From the NCBI RefSeq assembly GCF_009914755.1, contig NC_060939.1: DNA of 64,000 nucleotides. One strand, 5' to 3'. The position numbers were made by a program, and so were the translations under genes. Shown in pieces: positions 33,848 through 47,270 of this stretch. The notes under the pieces are model-generated. The model saw only the letters and a program-made list of their open reading frames with translations, did not search any database and was not told the DNA's origin. The stretch is from the human T2T-CHM13v2.0 reference genome, Homo sapiens. How positions within the stretch are numbered: position 1 is the stretch's first letter; every line of letters begins with the position of its first letter.

Positions 33848-34864
33848 TTACAATTTGGCATGATTTTTCAGTGGCTGGTACCGGTTGTTCCTTTCCATGT
33901 TTAGTGCTTCCTTCAGGAGCTCTTTTATGGCAGGCCTGGTGGTGACAAAATCTCTCAGCATTTGCTTGTCTGTAAAGTATTTTATTTCTCCTTCACTTAT
34001 GAAGCTTAGTTTGGCTGGATATGAAATTCTGGGTTGAAAATTCTTTTCTTTAAGAATGTTGAATATTGGCCTCCACTCTCTTCTGGCTTGTAGAGTTTCT
34101 GCCAAGAGATCCGCTGTTAGTCTGATGGGCTTCCCTTTGTGGGTAACCTGACCTTTCTCTCTGGCTGCCTTTAACATTTTTTCCTTTATTTCAACTTTGG
34201 TGAATCTGACAATTATGTGTCTTGGAGTTGCTCTTCTCGAGGAGTATCTTTGTGGCGTTCTCTGTATTTCCTGAATCTGAATGTTGGCCTGCCTTGCTAG
34301 ATTGGGGAAGTTCTCCTGGATAATATCCTGCAGAGTGTTTTCCAACTTGGTTCCATTCTCCCCGTCACTTTCAGGTACACCAATCAGACGTAGATTTGGT
34401 CTTTTCACATAGTCCCATATTTCTTGGAAGCTTTGTTCGTTTCTTTTTATTCTTTTTTCTCTAAACTTCCCTTCTCGCTTCATTTCATTCATTTCATCTT
34501 CCATCACTGATAGCCTTTCTTCCAGTCGATGGCATCGGCTCCTGAGGCTTCTGCATTCTTCACATAGTTCTCGAGCCTTGGCTTTCAGCTCCATCAGCTC
34601 CTTTAAGCCCTTCTCTGTATTGGTTATTCTAGTTATACAATCGTCTAAATTTTTTTTTAAGTTTTTAACTTCTTTGCCTTTGGTTTGAATTTCCTCCTGT
34701 AGCTCGGAGTAGTTTGATCGTCTGAAGCCTTCTTCTCTCAATTCGTCAAAGTCATTCTCCGTCCAGCTTTGTTCCGTTGCTGGTGAGGAACTGCGTTCCT
34801 TTGGAGGAGGAGAGGCGCTCTGCTTTTTAGAGTTTCCAGTTTTTCTGCTCTGTTTTTTCCCCAT
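33848..34864 (-). CDS. L1 ORF1p, intact 338 aa
   Basis: MGKKQ start, coiled coil, REKG, ARR and YPAKLS motifs intact, canonical length. Confidence 0.93.
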   Translation of the reverse strand: MGKKQSRKTGNSKKQSASPPPKERSSSPATEQSWTENDFDELREEGFRRSNYSELQEEIQTKGKEVKNLKKNLDDCITRITNTEKGLKELMELKAKARELCEECRSLRSRCHRLEERLSVMEDEMNEMKREGKFREKRIKRNEQSFQEIWDYVKRPNLRLIGVPESDGENGTKLENTLQDIIQENFPNLARQANIQIQEIQRTPQRYSSRRATPRHIIVRFTKVEIKEKMLKAAREKGQVTHKGKPIRLTADLLAETLQARREWRPIFNILKEKNFQPRISYPAKLSFISEGEIKYFTDKQMLRDFVTTRPAIKELLKEALNMERNNRYQPLKNHAKL

Positions 34865-36209
34865 CTTTGTGGTTTTATCTACTTTTGTTCTTTGATGATG
34901 GTGATGTACAGATTAGGCCAGCATCTAATAGATGAAGTTTGTATTTTGCCTAACTGATTGGTATGTGATGCTCACTTGTACCTACAGTAATATCAGTTTT
35001 CTTGCAGATCCGAAGTGTGATTAATAAAATACTAACACACATTATTAATTTGTTTGTACATTTCTTTATAAATACAGTGATAAACCTCATTCTTGTCAGA
35101 TGCAGCCTTTTGTAACTGTAAGATAAGGTTATTTCGTTAAGCAAGCAATATGCAGGTGTCTTTTATTAAATACTAGTTTCTAAAGGTAGTATTTTGCCTA
35201 AAACTGTTTCTGTGGTAAACTGAGGAACATACTCAATTCTTATAAGCACATTTATCCAGTTTATTAAGCTCAAAATAATTGACATGTATTTAATATTTCA
35301 AGTGATAGAAGTATAAATATTTAGTTAAAATTTAAATAAATATAGGTTCATGAATGCACATGATTCTAAAAACCAGTATCTTATACAGAGTAATTACCAA
35401 TCAGTATCTAAACTGATAAATTAAATGGCCTGATTTCCATGTAATCACTAGATGCTGATTCATTCTTATGCTGTAGTTACCATGAAAGACAGTCACCCCC
35501 ACTAAACCTTGTGGAAGCACACCTCAGGAGTTTAACATACATAGAAGCAGAAGATAGAAGGCGGACTGCAGAGAATGCCAGGCAATCTCATCTTGACCCT
35601 TTTCCATGCACTCACCATGGGTGGTCCAGGCATGAAAATGTGGAGGTTCTGGGTTGGAGTTATGGGTCAAAGATGGGACTTAACTCAAGTGTTGAAGATG
35701 GTCAGTGTGTCCATTTCAGTGTACATATATCTGTCTGGACTGTCTAGGCTGGTCATATGCATTGGCTATTCATTTATCTGGCGTCATTCTTAAACAAACT
35801 GCTAATCTTCAAACAAGAAGTGGGATTATAAATAATCCCACTAATCTTCAAACAAGGAGCAGGCTTTGGCCTTCTTGGAGGTAAGGCTGGTAGTGAGAGA
35901 GAGGCTTTCAGAGACCTCTTTTGAAACTTGGGCTCCAATTGCCTAGTGGTTTTCTACCTCCAAGTAACTTGCACCTTAGAGGAGGAGTCACCCCAGCATG
36001 GGACATATACCCCCACCAAATCCCTGACCAAAGTTCATTTTACAACTTTTAACTTAGGTTCCCCAGTCAGCCTCATCTTAGAGGTCTCCTCTGCCCTTCC
36101 CTCAGTGTTCCACGTGCTGCTAACATCGCCCTCTCTGTCTTTGGCCTGTTGGGCAGTGAGAGCTCCTATGAAGTAGCTCAGGGGCTAGTTACTCATCAGC
36201 CTGTGCAAA

Positions 36210-36395
36210 ATTGTCATTAGAATTTTGTCACTGATTGAGTGACCTTGGGCAAATCATGTAGACACTCTGAAACCCAGTTTCCTCATCAGTAAAGCAGAGA
36301 AAATAATAACACAGATGTTATTTTGTTGAAGGAAATAAGGACAGTGTTTAACACAAGTAAACTCTCAATAAATGGCATTTATTAACTTACTAAGT
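36210..36395 (+). mobile_element. MIR SINE
   Basis: gtgaccttgggcaaatca...cagtttcctcatcagtaaa...actctcaataaatgg. Confidence 0.75.
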
Positions 36396-37811
36396 TATTA
36401 ACATGACTCTATAAAATGTTGTAAATATATTTCTCCAAAGGTGAGTGTAGTGATTTTATTTTATTTTTATTAGATGCTTGGCATTTATTGAATAGAGCTA
36501 ACACTTTTTAAATACGCATAAATAAATGTTGGGGAGAAAATCCCCAGTTGAACCAAAAAACTACCTAACAATTAATTTTATTAATTATAATTCAGTCACC
36601 TGCATTTAGAAAGCTTTAGATCATACAATAAATAGTAGAACCAATAATTATTTTCATTAAGTCTAATTTTTTACTGTTTTATTTTTTTCTTATGGAGTTA
36701 TATAATTCAATTAATTATGCTTGGTTTTATTGGGCATACAGTTTGTTAGATTTCTTAAAGTCTTTGTTTTGCTGTTGAGACATGAGAGCCACTCTATAAT
36801 ATGAAGTGCTCTGTTTGTAAGATGCTATTTTTACAATACTTAGGAATAATTTCTTAGCTCCCTTGAAAGTCTATGACAATCCTGTTACTAGTGTTCAGAA
36901 TCCCATATGTCATGGCCCTCTTCGACAATGTTTGCAATAGATTGATCAGACTGGGTCTTTTTAAACTGGCCAGCCTGGGGCACAAGCAGGGTTAGGATAT
37001 AAAAGTCTTGGTTATTTAGTCTCTTAAACTCATGTAGCTGTTTTAACCATAACAGTTAAGAGGGTTTTCAGGAAGAGCCACAATGAGTTCACAGTAACTC
37101 ATTTCAAATTTCATATATGACTATGTGGCACACCACGGAATTGATTCTCTTCTATAAGAGTTACTATTAGTTTTCCTCTTTGCAAACTCAAGCCTTGTTA
37201 AGTTTTTATTTGAAGTGGTAATAGTACTCTTTTCAAAGCCTCATTGGACAGGAATGTTCACAATCAACAATACATGACCTTATTGCTAAGACCATAGAAT
37301 GTATTTGTAAAGTGTCCAAAGGGCTCACTTTTTTCAAAGAAAAGAGATCACTTTTAATCTGCTCTGAGAAGATCAGGTCATCATTCACTTTGAACCAACC
37401 TTGTTGTTCATTCTTGATGTTGTTACCCAGTATCAGGGATTTTTAGCCAAAGAAAAAACCATAAATGAAAACTCTAACACTGACTCAAAAAATATCTGTC
37501 AAAATGGACATTAATCATTCCTGAAGGATTAGCTAGGGTGAGATTAGAGACAAGGGAATTAAATTTAAAAGAGAGGAAAAAATTACTTAAAGGTCCAGAC
37601 TTAGGATAAGACAGAGATGTGTAGGAAAAGAGGGAAAATCAAAACAAAACAAAATACCTTTTGCATTTAAGGGCTGCAGATAGTCTAGCTGAGCAAGAAG
37701 AGACAATTACTATTAAGCTTTCTCAGGTATGATGATAGATTGCCAAAAAACTTTTATGGAATAATTCCCTGAGAAGATGAACACCAAAAGATACTTTAAG
37801 AAGCCTGTTAA

Positions 37812-38311
37812 CTGGGCAAAATCTGGAAGCATTCCCCTTAAAAACCAGCTCCAAACAAGGATACCCTCTTTCACCACTCCTATTCAACATAGCATTAGAA
37901 GTTCTGGCCCAGCCAATCAGGCAAGAGAAAGATATAAAGGGCATCCAAATAGGAGGCAAGAAAGTCAGACTATCTCTGTTTGCAGATGACATGATCCTGT
38001 ATCTAGAAAACTCCATGGTCTCAGCCCAAAAGCTTCTTAAGCCGATAAACAACTTTAGCAAAGTCTCAGGACACAGAATCAATATGCAAAAATAGCTAGC
38101 ATTCCGGTACACCAACAACAGGCAAGCCAAGGGCCAAATCAGGAACGAACTCCCATTCACAATTGGCACAAAAAGAATAAAATACCTAAGAATACAGCTA
38201 ACTAGGGAGGTGAAAGATTTCCATAAGGAGAACTGCAAACCCTTGCTGAAAGAAATCGGGGAAGACACAAACAAATGGAAAAACATTCCATGCTCATGGA
38301 TAGGAAGAATT
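37812..38311 (+). mobile_element. Older L1PA (about PA8-PA13) internal ORF2 RT fragment
   Basis: gggcaaaatctggaagcattcccc...gtttgcagatgacatgatcctgtatctagaaaac...aaacattccatgctcatggataggaagaat; no tail or TSD. Confidence 0.85.
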
Positions 38312-38314
38312 GAA

Positions 38315-38390
38315 TTTATCCATTCATCTATTTGAAGGACATATTGGTTGCTTCCAGTTTCTGGCAATTATAAATGATGCCACTATAAAA
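38315..38390 (-). mobile_element. L1M 3' fragment
   Basis: tttatccattcatctatt..ggacatattggttgcttccagtttctggcaattataaat. Confidence 0.6.
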
Positions 38391-40599
38391 GAACTGCTTT
38401 TTACCTAGTTGATCTGTGATCCACATTATCAAGTTTTTGTCAAAGCATCCTGAATGTGTGTATATGGATACATATAAAACCATCAACATATGCTATCTAC
38501 TAAGTACATAATTTCAGAATCCATACTATGATGCAGTATTCAAGATGTCTCAGCCTCAGATATGAGAAACTGAACTGACATATGCAGAAAATTAGATGGT
38601 CAAATAAAAACATTTAACTAATTATTATGTTTTCAGAAAATATATGGAAGTTGAAGGAACATGGAGGATTATCTTTAGATAATGAAGAAAACTTATGTTA
38701 AAAATAGTAAAACATGAGCATTCATATTTAGAATATGAACCAGGGGAAATAGTCATCACTTTTCAAAGGCATAGTTAATTATTAATGGAGATGTAATATG
38801 ATGAATTTGGAAAAAGATGAAAAAAATGAGGTAGAAGAAAAAGGTGTTATGTATATACACAAAATAATTCCTGTTTATAATATCAGAATTGTTCTAACAG
38901 TCATACTTATCTGTGTGTGGCATCTTTAATGTATTAGCCTTAGACACTTCACTTTAGGTAAGGAGGCAAGGATTCATCATATTAATTAAAGCTAAACAGG
39001 TGCATGGTGGGTGGTGAGTTGCATGATTTGTCCAAGAAAAAAAAATCCTTTCAGATGATGCAGATATTGGGGCGCTCAAAAACCAAAACTGAACCAACAA
39101 AACAAAACCAATCACACAAACACCTACAGAAAATAAAAAGGGGGGAGAATGGGAACACAATATTTTTGTAAAATGGTTATAGGTTACACAAAAAATATCT
39201 GGAAAGGTTTTTCTTTTAGTGATCTACTTTATATGATAGAAATAACTGGTTTCTAATGCTTTTAAAAATAATAAAAGAATGTATGGATACAAGACCCAAA
39301 ATATAGTCAAAAGGATAAAAGTATTAAGCTAAGTCTAACTATACTCAGAGCAGTTCCCTCACATACAAGTAAAATCAAAGTGATCATTTGAAGATAGCAG
39401 TCAAATCAAGTTCACATACAGTTAAGAGTACAATCTTATTTGCACCTTCTTCCCCTCTACTGGAAAAAACTATGTTTGTCTGCTTGGCTTCTCACCATAT
39501 TCCATGTGCCTAGGTGAGAGCCTGGCATGAAATAGATTCTCAGTCAATTACTAACTGCTGGTTGTTTCTTCACTAGTACAATAAAGCATATGTTCAGGCT
39601 GTATTATAAGTCAAATCTCAGAATCATAGAAGAAAAGAGGTGTCTACCAATCCTAGTCACCACCCAGCAGCCTGTCCTTTTTGTTGCCTTCAAATTAGGA
39701 GTAACATATAACTTTACAAAGAGTGTTAGTTTGCAAAGTCATTGGTAAATATTCAGTCTGCCCAAGCTATCTAAAATGTGAATAAGTGATGCGCAGTCTG
39801 TCTAAGCTGGTTAAAAAGATTATCCAAAATTGTAGACTGATAACGGATATTGTCTTTGTTGCTCACTTGCTTTCCAAATGCAGATCTTGGCTAAAGCTCA
39901 TGTGTACATATGATAATCATATGCCCAGGCAGAAATGACATCCAATTTCCAGTATAAGCACTCACACAGGAGCATCTGTCATTAGAGGAGATGGCGTCAG
40001 GGGAGGGAGGAAACACAATGTAGCTGCCCCAGAGTGGATAGGGACCTTCGACCCAGTGTCCTATGGCAGTGTTATCATACTCTCCCCATCTCTCTCTCTC
40101 TCTCTTACACTCACTGTCTCTGGAGATCAAGACCAATTCTTAGAGTGATATTGGCTTTGGGAAAAAAAAAAATCAATGACCTATTCTCCTGGTCAGAGCA
40201 TGGAGTGTTGAGATGGCAGTCAGCACAGCAGGAGGTGGAGAGGAAAATGAAATAAAAGGGTGCAATATCAAGGGATGGGGGACATAATTATGCTTGCAGA
40301 AAAGTATGTTCAATAAGCAGATTGCTGGGGAGTGGCAGACACTAGCTTTTCATAAATATGAAATTGGAATTGGGTTGAAAAAATTAGGGCACTAGAGCTT
40401 TTTCCCTGAGTCAGGAAGGCATGATAATAGAGGTTATTTCCATCTGCATTGCTACCTGCCATTTGTCAATCACCTAATTATATTTGGTAGAAGGGGCTAC
40501 AGCAAATGTTCTCCGCTATGCAGAAATCCTGGGTGAGATTTCTGTGGGACTTGCTTTGCTTTATCTTTGTTTTTGAAGTCAAACTGTTTTTTAGGGAAC

Positions 40600-40852
40600 T
40601 GAGGGAGAAAGGAAGGAAGGGAGAGAGGGATGGAGGGCAGGAGGGGAGGTAGAGAGGAGTGAGGAAGGAAGAAGGAAAGGAAGGAAGGAAAGAAGAAAGG
40701 AAGGAAGAAGGGAGAAAGGAATGGAGGGAGGGAAAATGAATGAAGGAAGGGAAGAAAAGAGGGAGGAAGAAAAGAAAGGAGAGATGAAAAGGAAGGGGGA
40801 AAAGATAAGAGGAAACAAGGAAAGGAGAGAAGGACAAGAAGGAGAAAAAGAG
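40600..40852. repeat. GA-rich (GGAA/GAAA) low-complexity tract
   Basis: Near-pure purine strand for ~250 bp. Confidence 0.9.
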
Positions 40853-41900
40853 TGAGACCAGATCAGGCTGTTCATGTCTATGAGGAAAAGTGCATCTGGC
40901 TGAGCTCAGGCTTTGGGAACTCGCCACTCCCCTTTAGCTATTACAGAAAGAGACCTGCCAAGATGAGAAATTACCACAGGAGGGGTTGGATATTAGGATT
41001 AATTGTCTTGAACCAGAGCAGTGGAGCAGGTATGCGAGTCATATGGAGGTGGACACAATGACGCCAATGAACAGTCCTTACTGCTTTTCCTCCCTAAAGA
41101 AAAGTAGAAATTTAAGTAATAATACCAACATTTTCACCATAATATTACAAATTTCAGAAACTTTAAGAAAGACAAGATAACGGCTTTTCAGTGTTTTAAT
41201 GATTTGTATTAAAGGCAGGTGCATTACTGAGCAGTTTGAAATGTCTGAGGTTTTACTATAGCCTGCCTTTCTTTCTTTTTCCCCTCCTTACCCCCAGTGA
41301 TACTGATTTTATTTGTTTTGGTATTGACATTGACCACTGACCCAATCCTTTACAAATGTAGTTTCCTTAAATGATTCTAACCAACAGTTTCAGGAAGTTA
41401 CTTATGGACCTTCAGAGTCACTGATGTTAAGCTTGAGACATGAGCCTCGATGTGTTCTTCTCTAAATTGTCACTTATTTTGAAATCATTAGTTTCCAAAT
41501 TATATACTTCTTCCCTGTAACTGAACTGATAAAAAAAAAAAAGAGTTCAGATAATGTGTATATTTTGTTAATGTCTCTACTTTCATAAAGAATTATTACA
41601 AAATTCTATGTAACCATCATATTAATGAGCATCTGCTCCCAGGAATCCCTTTGTTGTTTTTCCTGATTGTGCTTGTCCAGAGTCAAGTGTAACACTAAGA
41701 TCATAAAGCACTGTGCTGTTTTCCATCTATTTTATTCACATTATTTGTGAATCACCTGAACACATCAAATTCAGATGAGCTGTAGATTTTCTTCTCCATA
41801 TGAATTATCAGCAACGTTTTCCAATTTAACACATACAGATAATTTCTTCCTGGAAGTCCAATGGAAATGAAATATTCGTTGATTTAATGCCTTATATGCC

Positions 41901-42348
41901 TATGCTAGTTTCCTATTGCTGCTGAAATTACCACAAGCTTAGTGGCTTAACACAACAGAAGTTTTCAGTTTTATCTCCTTGTAGTTCTGAGAATCAGAAA
42001 TCTGAAATGAGTTGGCAGGGCTGTGACCCTTTGGAGGCTCGAGGGAAGAATCTGATCCTTGCTTTTCCAGCTTTTGAGGAATAAGCCTGCCCTTACTCCC
42101 TGGCTCATGACCCATCACTGCAACCTCTGGTTCTATTCCTCCATCTCCTTCTCTCTCTGACCCTTCTGTTTCTCTGCATGTGAACCCTGTGTTGACATTG
42201 GGCCAACCCAGATGACCCAGGTTAATCTTCTTATCCAAATATATTTAATTTAATTATATCTGCAAAATTTATTTTGCCAGAACACATTCACGGGTTCTGG
42301 GGATTAGGGTGTAGGCATCCTTGAGGGGCCACTATCCTGCCTAGCATA
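41901..42348 (-). mobile_element. MLT1 (C/D-like) solo LTR
   Basis: agtttcctattgctgct..aaattaccacaagcttagtggcttaa...ggaggctcgagggaagaatc...ggttctggggattaggg...ggggccactat. Confidence 0.85.
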
Positions 42349-44729
42349 GCACCAAACATTCAAATAAATAAATGAGTCTCTTTCTAATTCTAGTGCCTTT
42401 TGTTAAAGGAGAGATTCTGCTTTCCTTTCAAGTGTACATTATAACATAGTTTAGTTTGATTAAGTTTGTTAATCAAACTTCGGAAGATGTAATTTTCTGT
42501 ACATCAGAAGTCATTCATTCAGGGTCTCTGATGCACCCTGAGAATCTGAAGGTGACTGATGAACAGAGATATAAAGGTTCTCAAGGAGGGCGCTAAGCCT
42601 GGTTTGCTCCCCAAGTGTATTTGTGCATTCTCACGGCTTTGATGTATTTTTGTTTTTGTATTGTTTTGTTGTATTTTCTGGCTTATTTGGGCTTATCTTA
42701 TTAACATTTAAATATATGCAAAGAAAAATTCAGCTTCATCTTATTCTAGGGGCTCTGACTCTTTAAGAAACTGACTGCCTATATATATTTGCAGTGTTTA
42801 GTATGGTCCCTGTTATATGGTAGATTTCCAACCAATATTTCATTAAGATATTAATGATTAAATCATTTGTGTCCTGGCTCAGTTCCCTATGGTTATCCCC
42901 AAATTCCATTTTCACTATTGAGTGAAGAGAAAACTAGCAAGGTCTTAGTGTTATTGATATCCTTTGGTGGATCCCTGATGGGGCAGAGTCCTGCAGTGGA
43001 AGTGCCAACGATTTGTCAGAGGTAGGATTTGCGAGTGGACACTCACAAAGACAAATAGCCACTGCCAGTTGGTGGGCCCGTTCAAAAGAGGAACTGAGCC
43101 ATTACGTACAGCTGGAGCCCAAGAGGAAGGAGCTACCAAATCAGGATGGCAACCAAATGTATTGGGCTCTAGCTTCAGCACAGAACTACATGGTGAAGAA
43201 GAAAGCAGTGTTGGAGCTCAATGGAGTTGATGGAAACAATACTGGGAAGGGAAGATGGTCTCTCAGTAAGCAGCAGGTAGCAACAAAGATCTTACATCCT
43301 CCTTGGATGAGGGCTTACAAGGCAAAGTGGGCACTGGAGGTCAAGGCAAGATTAAGATTGCATGCTGAGTCATCTTATAAAACTCAGATCAACCAGAGAA
43401 GGCAGCCATAGAGATGACTGTTTTGGGAAGTATTTGTACATTGCAACTATGACCCTCAAAGAAATGATGTCTTTACCTTATTGGAAAAGGTAACTTAGAA
43501 TAGATCCCCTTCATAAAATAACCTGGAAACAATTGATGCTGGATATTCATATCATCATCAACCAACAGACAGTCAGAATGCAATGGCTGCAAGCATGCAT
43601 ATGCAATGCTTTCAAAGCCTTTGTTTTACTAGAGGGGGAGAAAAGCTGGAAAAAGTATGCATTTGTGTCCTCAAAGTCTGTGTCCTGGATCTTAACAAAA
43701 ATCGCTGTTTCTTTAAACAGGCAATGTGGGCTTGGGTTGTACCCGACAGAGAGCAGAGGCCCTGTCTAATTTAGAGGAGTGCAGGCGTCCTTGTCAAAGC
43801 CAGGAGAAGCTCCAATCGGATTCTCAGTCGGAGCCTGACCCCATCAATCAGAGTAGCTTGTGGTTACAATTTTCTGGGAAATGTGGAAAATCATCATCTA
43901 CAGTAAATCTGCTGCCTGAAATGCCTCGTGTCATCTATATTTTATTTAAAATTTTGGTGTAGATCTTCTATTGTTTTTGTGTATCCAAACTTTGGTAGAA
44001 CAATATCTCACTAAAGACTAGCCAACATGACTACAGCTGAAAATGCCTGCAAAAATCCCATAACTTTCTTTAAGTTTTAATTTTTATTTATTTTAAGGAA
44101 AAATGCTTCTGGTAAATCAATATCTTTTAACATCGAAAAGACCTCACATTGACAAGACATTGTTGAGACAATGGCAAACATGGAGGTATGGTCCTGGCCT
44201 CGGGGCTGTCTTGGTATTGTTAAAGAAACAGTCATGATCCTAAAACCGCAGCTAGGGTTTGACAAGAAGAGAAATTGTTAGGACCAAGGGAGGAGAGGAG
44301 GTTTTCTAGGTATATGGCGTGCGTGGACAGAGGCATGGAGGCTAGAGAAGTCATGGCTTCCATTTGCATGAATAAGCAGCCTGGGTGTGGTTACAGCTAG
44401 GAATGCCAGTTAGCAGAAAGCAGCCTGTGAGACTGGGAACATATATTAGGACCAGATGGCAGAGGGCCTAGATTGACTTGGTGGCAGAGGAGAGGGTTTA
44501 AGTGAAAAATGGAAAGAGGATGATTAAAGAAGGAGGAGGTGACCGTGTCTGGTGGTTTCTACCTCACTGGACTTGGTGAATACTACTTTTTGAAATTGAC
44601 CACTAAATTGTCATTGTAAGTTATGTAATTCACATGGAATTGAAATAAACTCTTAGGATCAGACATCTTCTTAATACCAAATAGTACAATTCACTTTACT
44701 ATTACTCAGCCCGCCTGTAGAGACTACTG

Positions 44730-45150
44730 ACCAAATAGTTAGCCAGCCTCTGTCTGGACAGATGTACATCTTGTGTCAGCTATTGGATTATGACCAAGTT
44801 CTCCTTTCTATTGCTACAACTTTGCTTACTTGAAGTTTCTACACTCCAGTCTCAGTCCTGCTCCCTGGGATCATGTGAATAGTTCTACATTTTCTCACAC
44901 ATTATATATCTGCAATTATTTTACAAAACTTCCTACCCATTCCACACAGTCTCTCCTCCATGCCATCGCTCACAGAACAAAATCTTGATTCTCTATACTG
45001 TTCTGGTGCATTTGCTCATTCATAAAAACCCCTTTTCCTTAAAGGTGGACTCCAGAAATAAAGAAAAAATCTCCAGGTGTGACCTGAGGGAAGAGAGCAG
45101 AATGTAACTAATTCTTCACCCTCTAGAGGATTGTATTTCCAGAAAAACTC
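44730..45150 (-). mobile_element. L3/CR1 LINE fossil
   Basis: cagcctctg...aagttctcc...cagtcctgctccctggg...cttaaaggtggactccagaa...ctccaggtgtgacctga pattern. Confidence 0.5.
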
Positions 45151-45189
45151 AATAGCTATAAATTACTGAGCTGATACCCCAGAACAGGC

Positions 45190-45365
45190 CCATAACTGGT
45201 CATTTACACTTATGAATATCTCTGTTTTACAGATGAGGAAGCTGAATGCCAGAGAGGCCATATAACTGGCTTGAGGTCATCCACATAGCTGTGATAGAGT
45301 CACAATTTAAGTGTAGGCCAGCCTCACTTCAAGGTCTACTTCTTTCTCTTATCCCATGATGCCTT
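45190..45365 (-). mobile_element. MIR SINE
   Basis: gttttacagatgaggaagctgaatgccagagagg...aactggcttgaggtca. Confidence 0.75.
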
Positions 45366-46871
45366 TTATTTACTGGCCAAGCTGTATCAGCACGTCCCTG
45401 TGAAATGAGTGTGAACACATCAAAGAGTGCACTTTTTAACAACAAATACAAAGGAAGAATCAGAGTATATCAACCTGGTTTGTCTTCTAACTACAGCTTG
45501 CGTTTATAAATAGTCCAAGGATATAGATAGTCCCGACAAATACAAGTTAGGCTAATGGTTTTCAGGACATGGGAATGTCAGGAAAAGCAATGGGCTTAAG
45601 CAGATTAAGTTGGAAGTTTGCAAAAGAAAATGGGGCTATAGGAGACGTGCTTTTGCCAATTACTGAACTAAAGTGTTTCTATCTAGATAATATAGGCAAT
45701 TGTTTTCCCATGGTATTTTCCTTGTGTGACCATGGTCCCAGGTAGCAACTGGTGTCCTTTGACAAGGCCAACATGATTCACAATAAGTCCAGGTATCCTT
45801 AACATCCTGCCAGCCACTTCACATTTTGCTCTTATAAATTTGACCTCATAGGCTATTGTCAGCATATAAGGAGAAGATGGCACTTTTATTATTTAGTAGT
45901 GACATAGGTAACCTATTTCTTAATATGCTAAGAGAATTTTAAAACTCGAAAATTGTTCGATTATTGGTATGACATAGCGGAGAAACTGCCAATATTTTAA
46001 GTTAAATTTTGTGACTATTTTATGAAACATGTTTGCTTCAGGCATATGGGAGAGCATCCTTTGACCTGTCACCTTTCCAAATCTTTAGGGTAATAAGTTG
46101 TGCTATGATGCACTGTACTCAAACAACAAGTATTTTTCATATCTACTTGGCATAGAAAGATCAACACAAACTAGTAAAAATCTTTTTTTCAACTTCTATA
46201 TGTAATTTTAGAAAACTTATTTTCTCTCATCCTCAATATTGCACATAATTTTTATTGTAGTCTATATTTTGGTGAATATCCATGGGAAAAAATAATTATT
46301 TTCATTAACTTGTCTTGACCAAAAAACACTAACATAATTGATTGTAGCAGGAAAAATATTCAGCTACTAGATACCATACCTTTATAATATGTAGGAGATT
46401 CCAGTATTCCTGCCAACTACCCACTACCACTGATACAAAACTAAATTAAAAATAAATTTTCAAAAATTCAAAAAAGTTAGCATATAATTTTTACATTCAT
46501 TCAGAGTATCACTTTGAAGAATGATGCCTAGGAAATATGGTAAGTCTTTAGACTAAGCCATTAAGGAAACCTGAGAGTGAGTTAGAATTTTGCTAAATTG
46601 GGTATGAATCTTTTACTTAACTTTCAACTGGTGTATGAAATAGAGATAAAGCCTATCTTAAAGTTCTAAGATAGGCTTTTTATTATCTTATATTATACAT
46701 ATAAATATTTAATCCTAATATATGCCAGCACATTTTAATTGAGAAATGGCTATTTCATGTGGTAGGATTTCCTTGCTACTTTTAACTGATAATGTGTTTA
46801 TAATCAACAACATCTTTATATAGTTGCTCAAGTGAGGAACAGAAGTACTGACTCAACAAACTGCAGAATTC

Positions 46872-47270
46872 TATAGCACTGTAGGATAAATATAGTTTAA
46901 AAAATTAGTCGGGTGTGGCGATGGGCACCTGTAATCCCAGCTACTCAAAAGGCCGAGGCAGGAGAATCGCTTGAACCCAGGAGGCGGAGGTTGCAGTGAG
47001 CCAAGATCATCCCACTGCACTCCAGCCTGGGTGACAGAGTGAGACTCCGTCTCAAAAAAAAAAAAAAAAAAAAAAAAAAGACATATTAGATAGTTTCAAA
47101 TAGCTAGAAGGAGGATACTGAATATTCCCAACACAGGGAAATGATAAATGTTCAAAATGATGGACATGCTAATTATTCTGATCTGCTCACTATACATTAA
47201 ATGTATAGAAACATCACTATATACTCCGTAAATATGTACAATATATATGTCAATTAAAGAAGAAAAGAAA
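46872..47270 (+). mobile_element. L1MA 3' end, interrupted by an Alu fragment
   Basis: ctatagcactgtagg...atagtt[Alu]...caaatagctagaaggagg...cccaacaca..gaaatgataaatgtt...aatatgtacaat..tatgtcaattaaa. Confidence 0.8.
46899..47079 (+). mobile_element. Alu right monomer (5'-truncated at the A-rich linker)
   Basis: aaaaattagtcgggtgtggcg...gagactccgtctc(A)n. Confidence 0.92.

Noticed and set aside
34864-34913. Possibility that L1#2 is a spliced L1 (SpIRE)
   Set aside because: No upstream 5'UTR exon is attached, and the breakpoint is not at a splice acceptor I recognise.
37723-38367. 214-aa minus-strand ORF
   Set aside because: Antisense frame of an L1 ORF2 fragment; the same antisense peptides recur in the other L1s.
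43013-43411. 132-aa ORF in non-repeat-looking DNA
   Set aside because: Non-ATG start, no recognisable domain and no convincing splice context; the length is compatible with chance.
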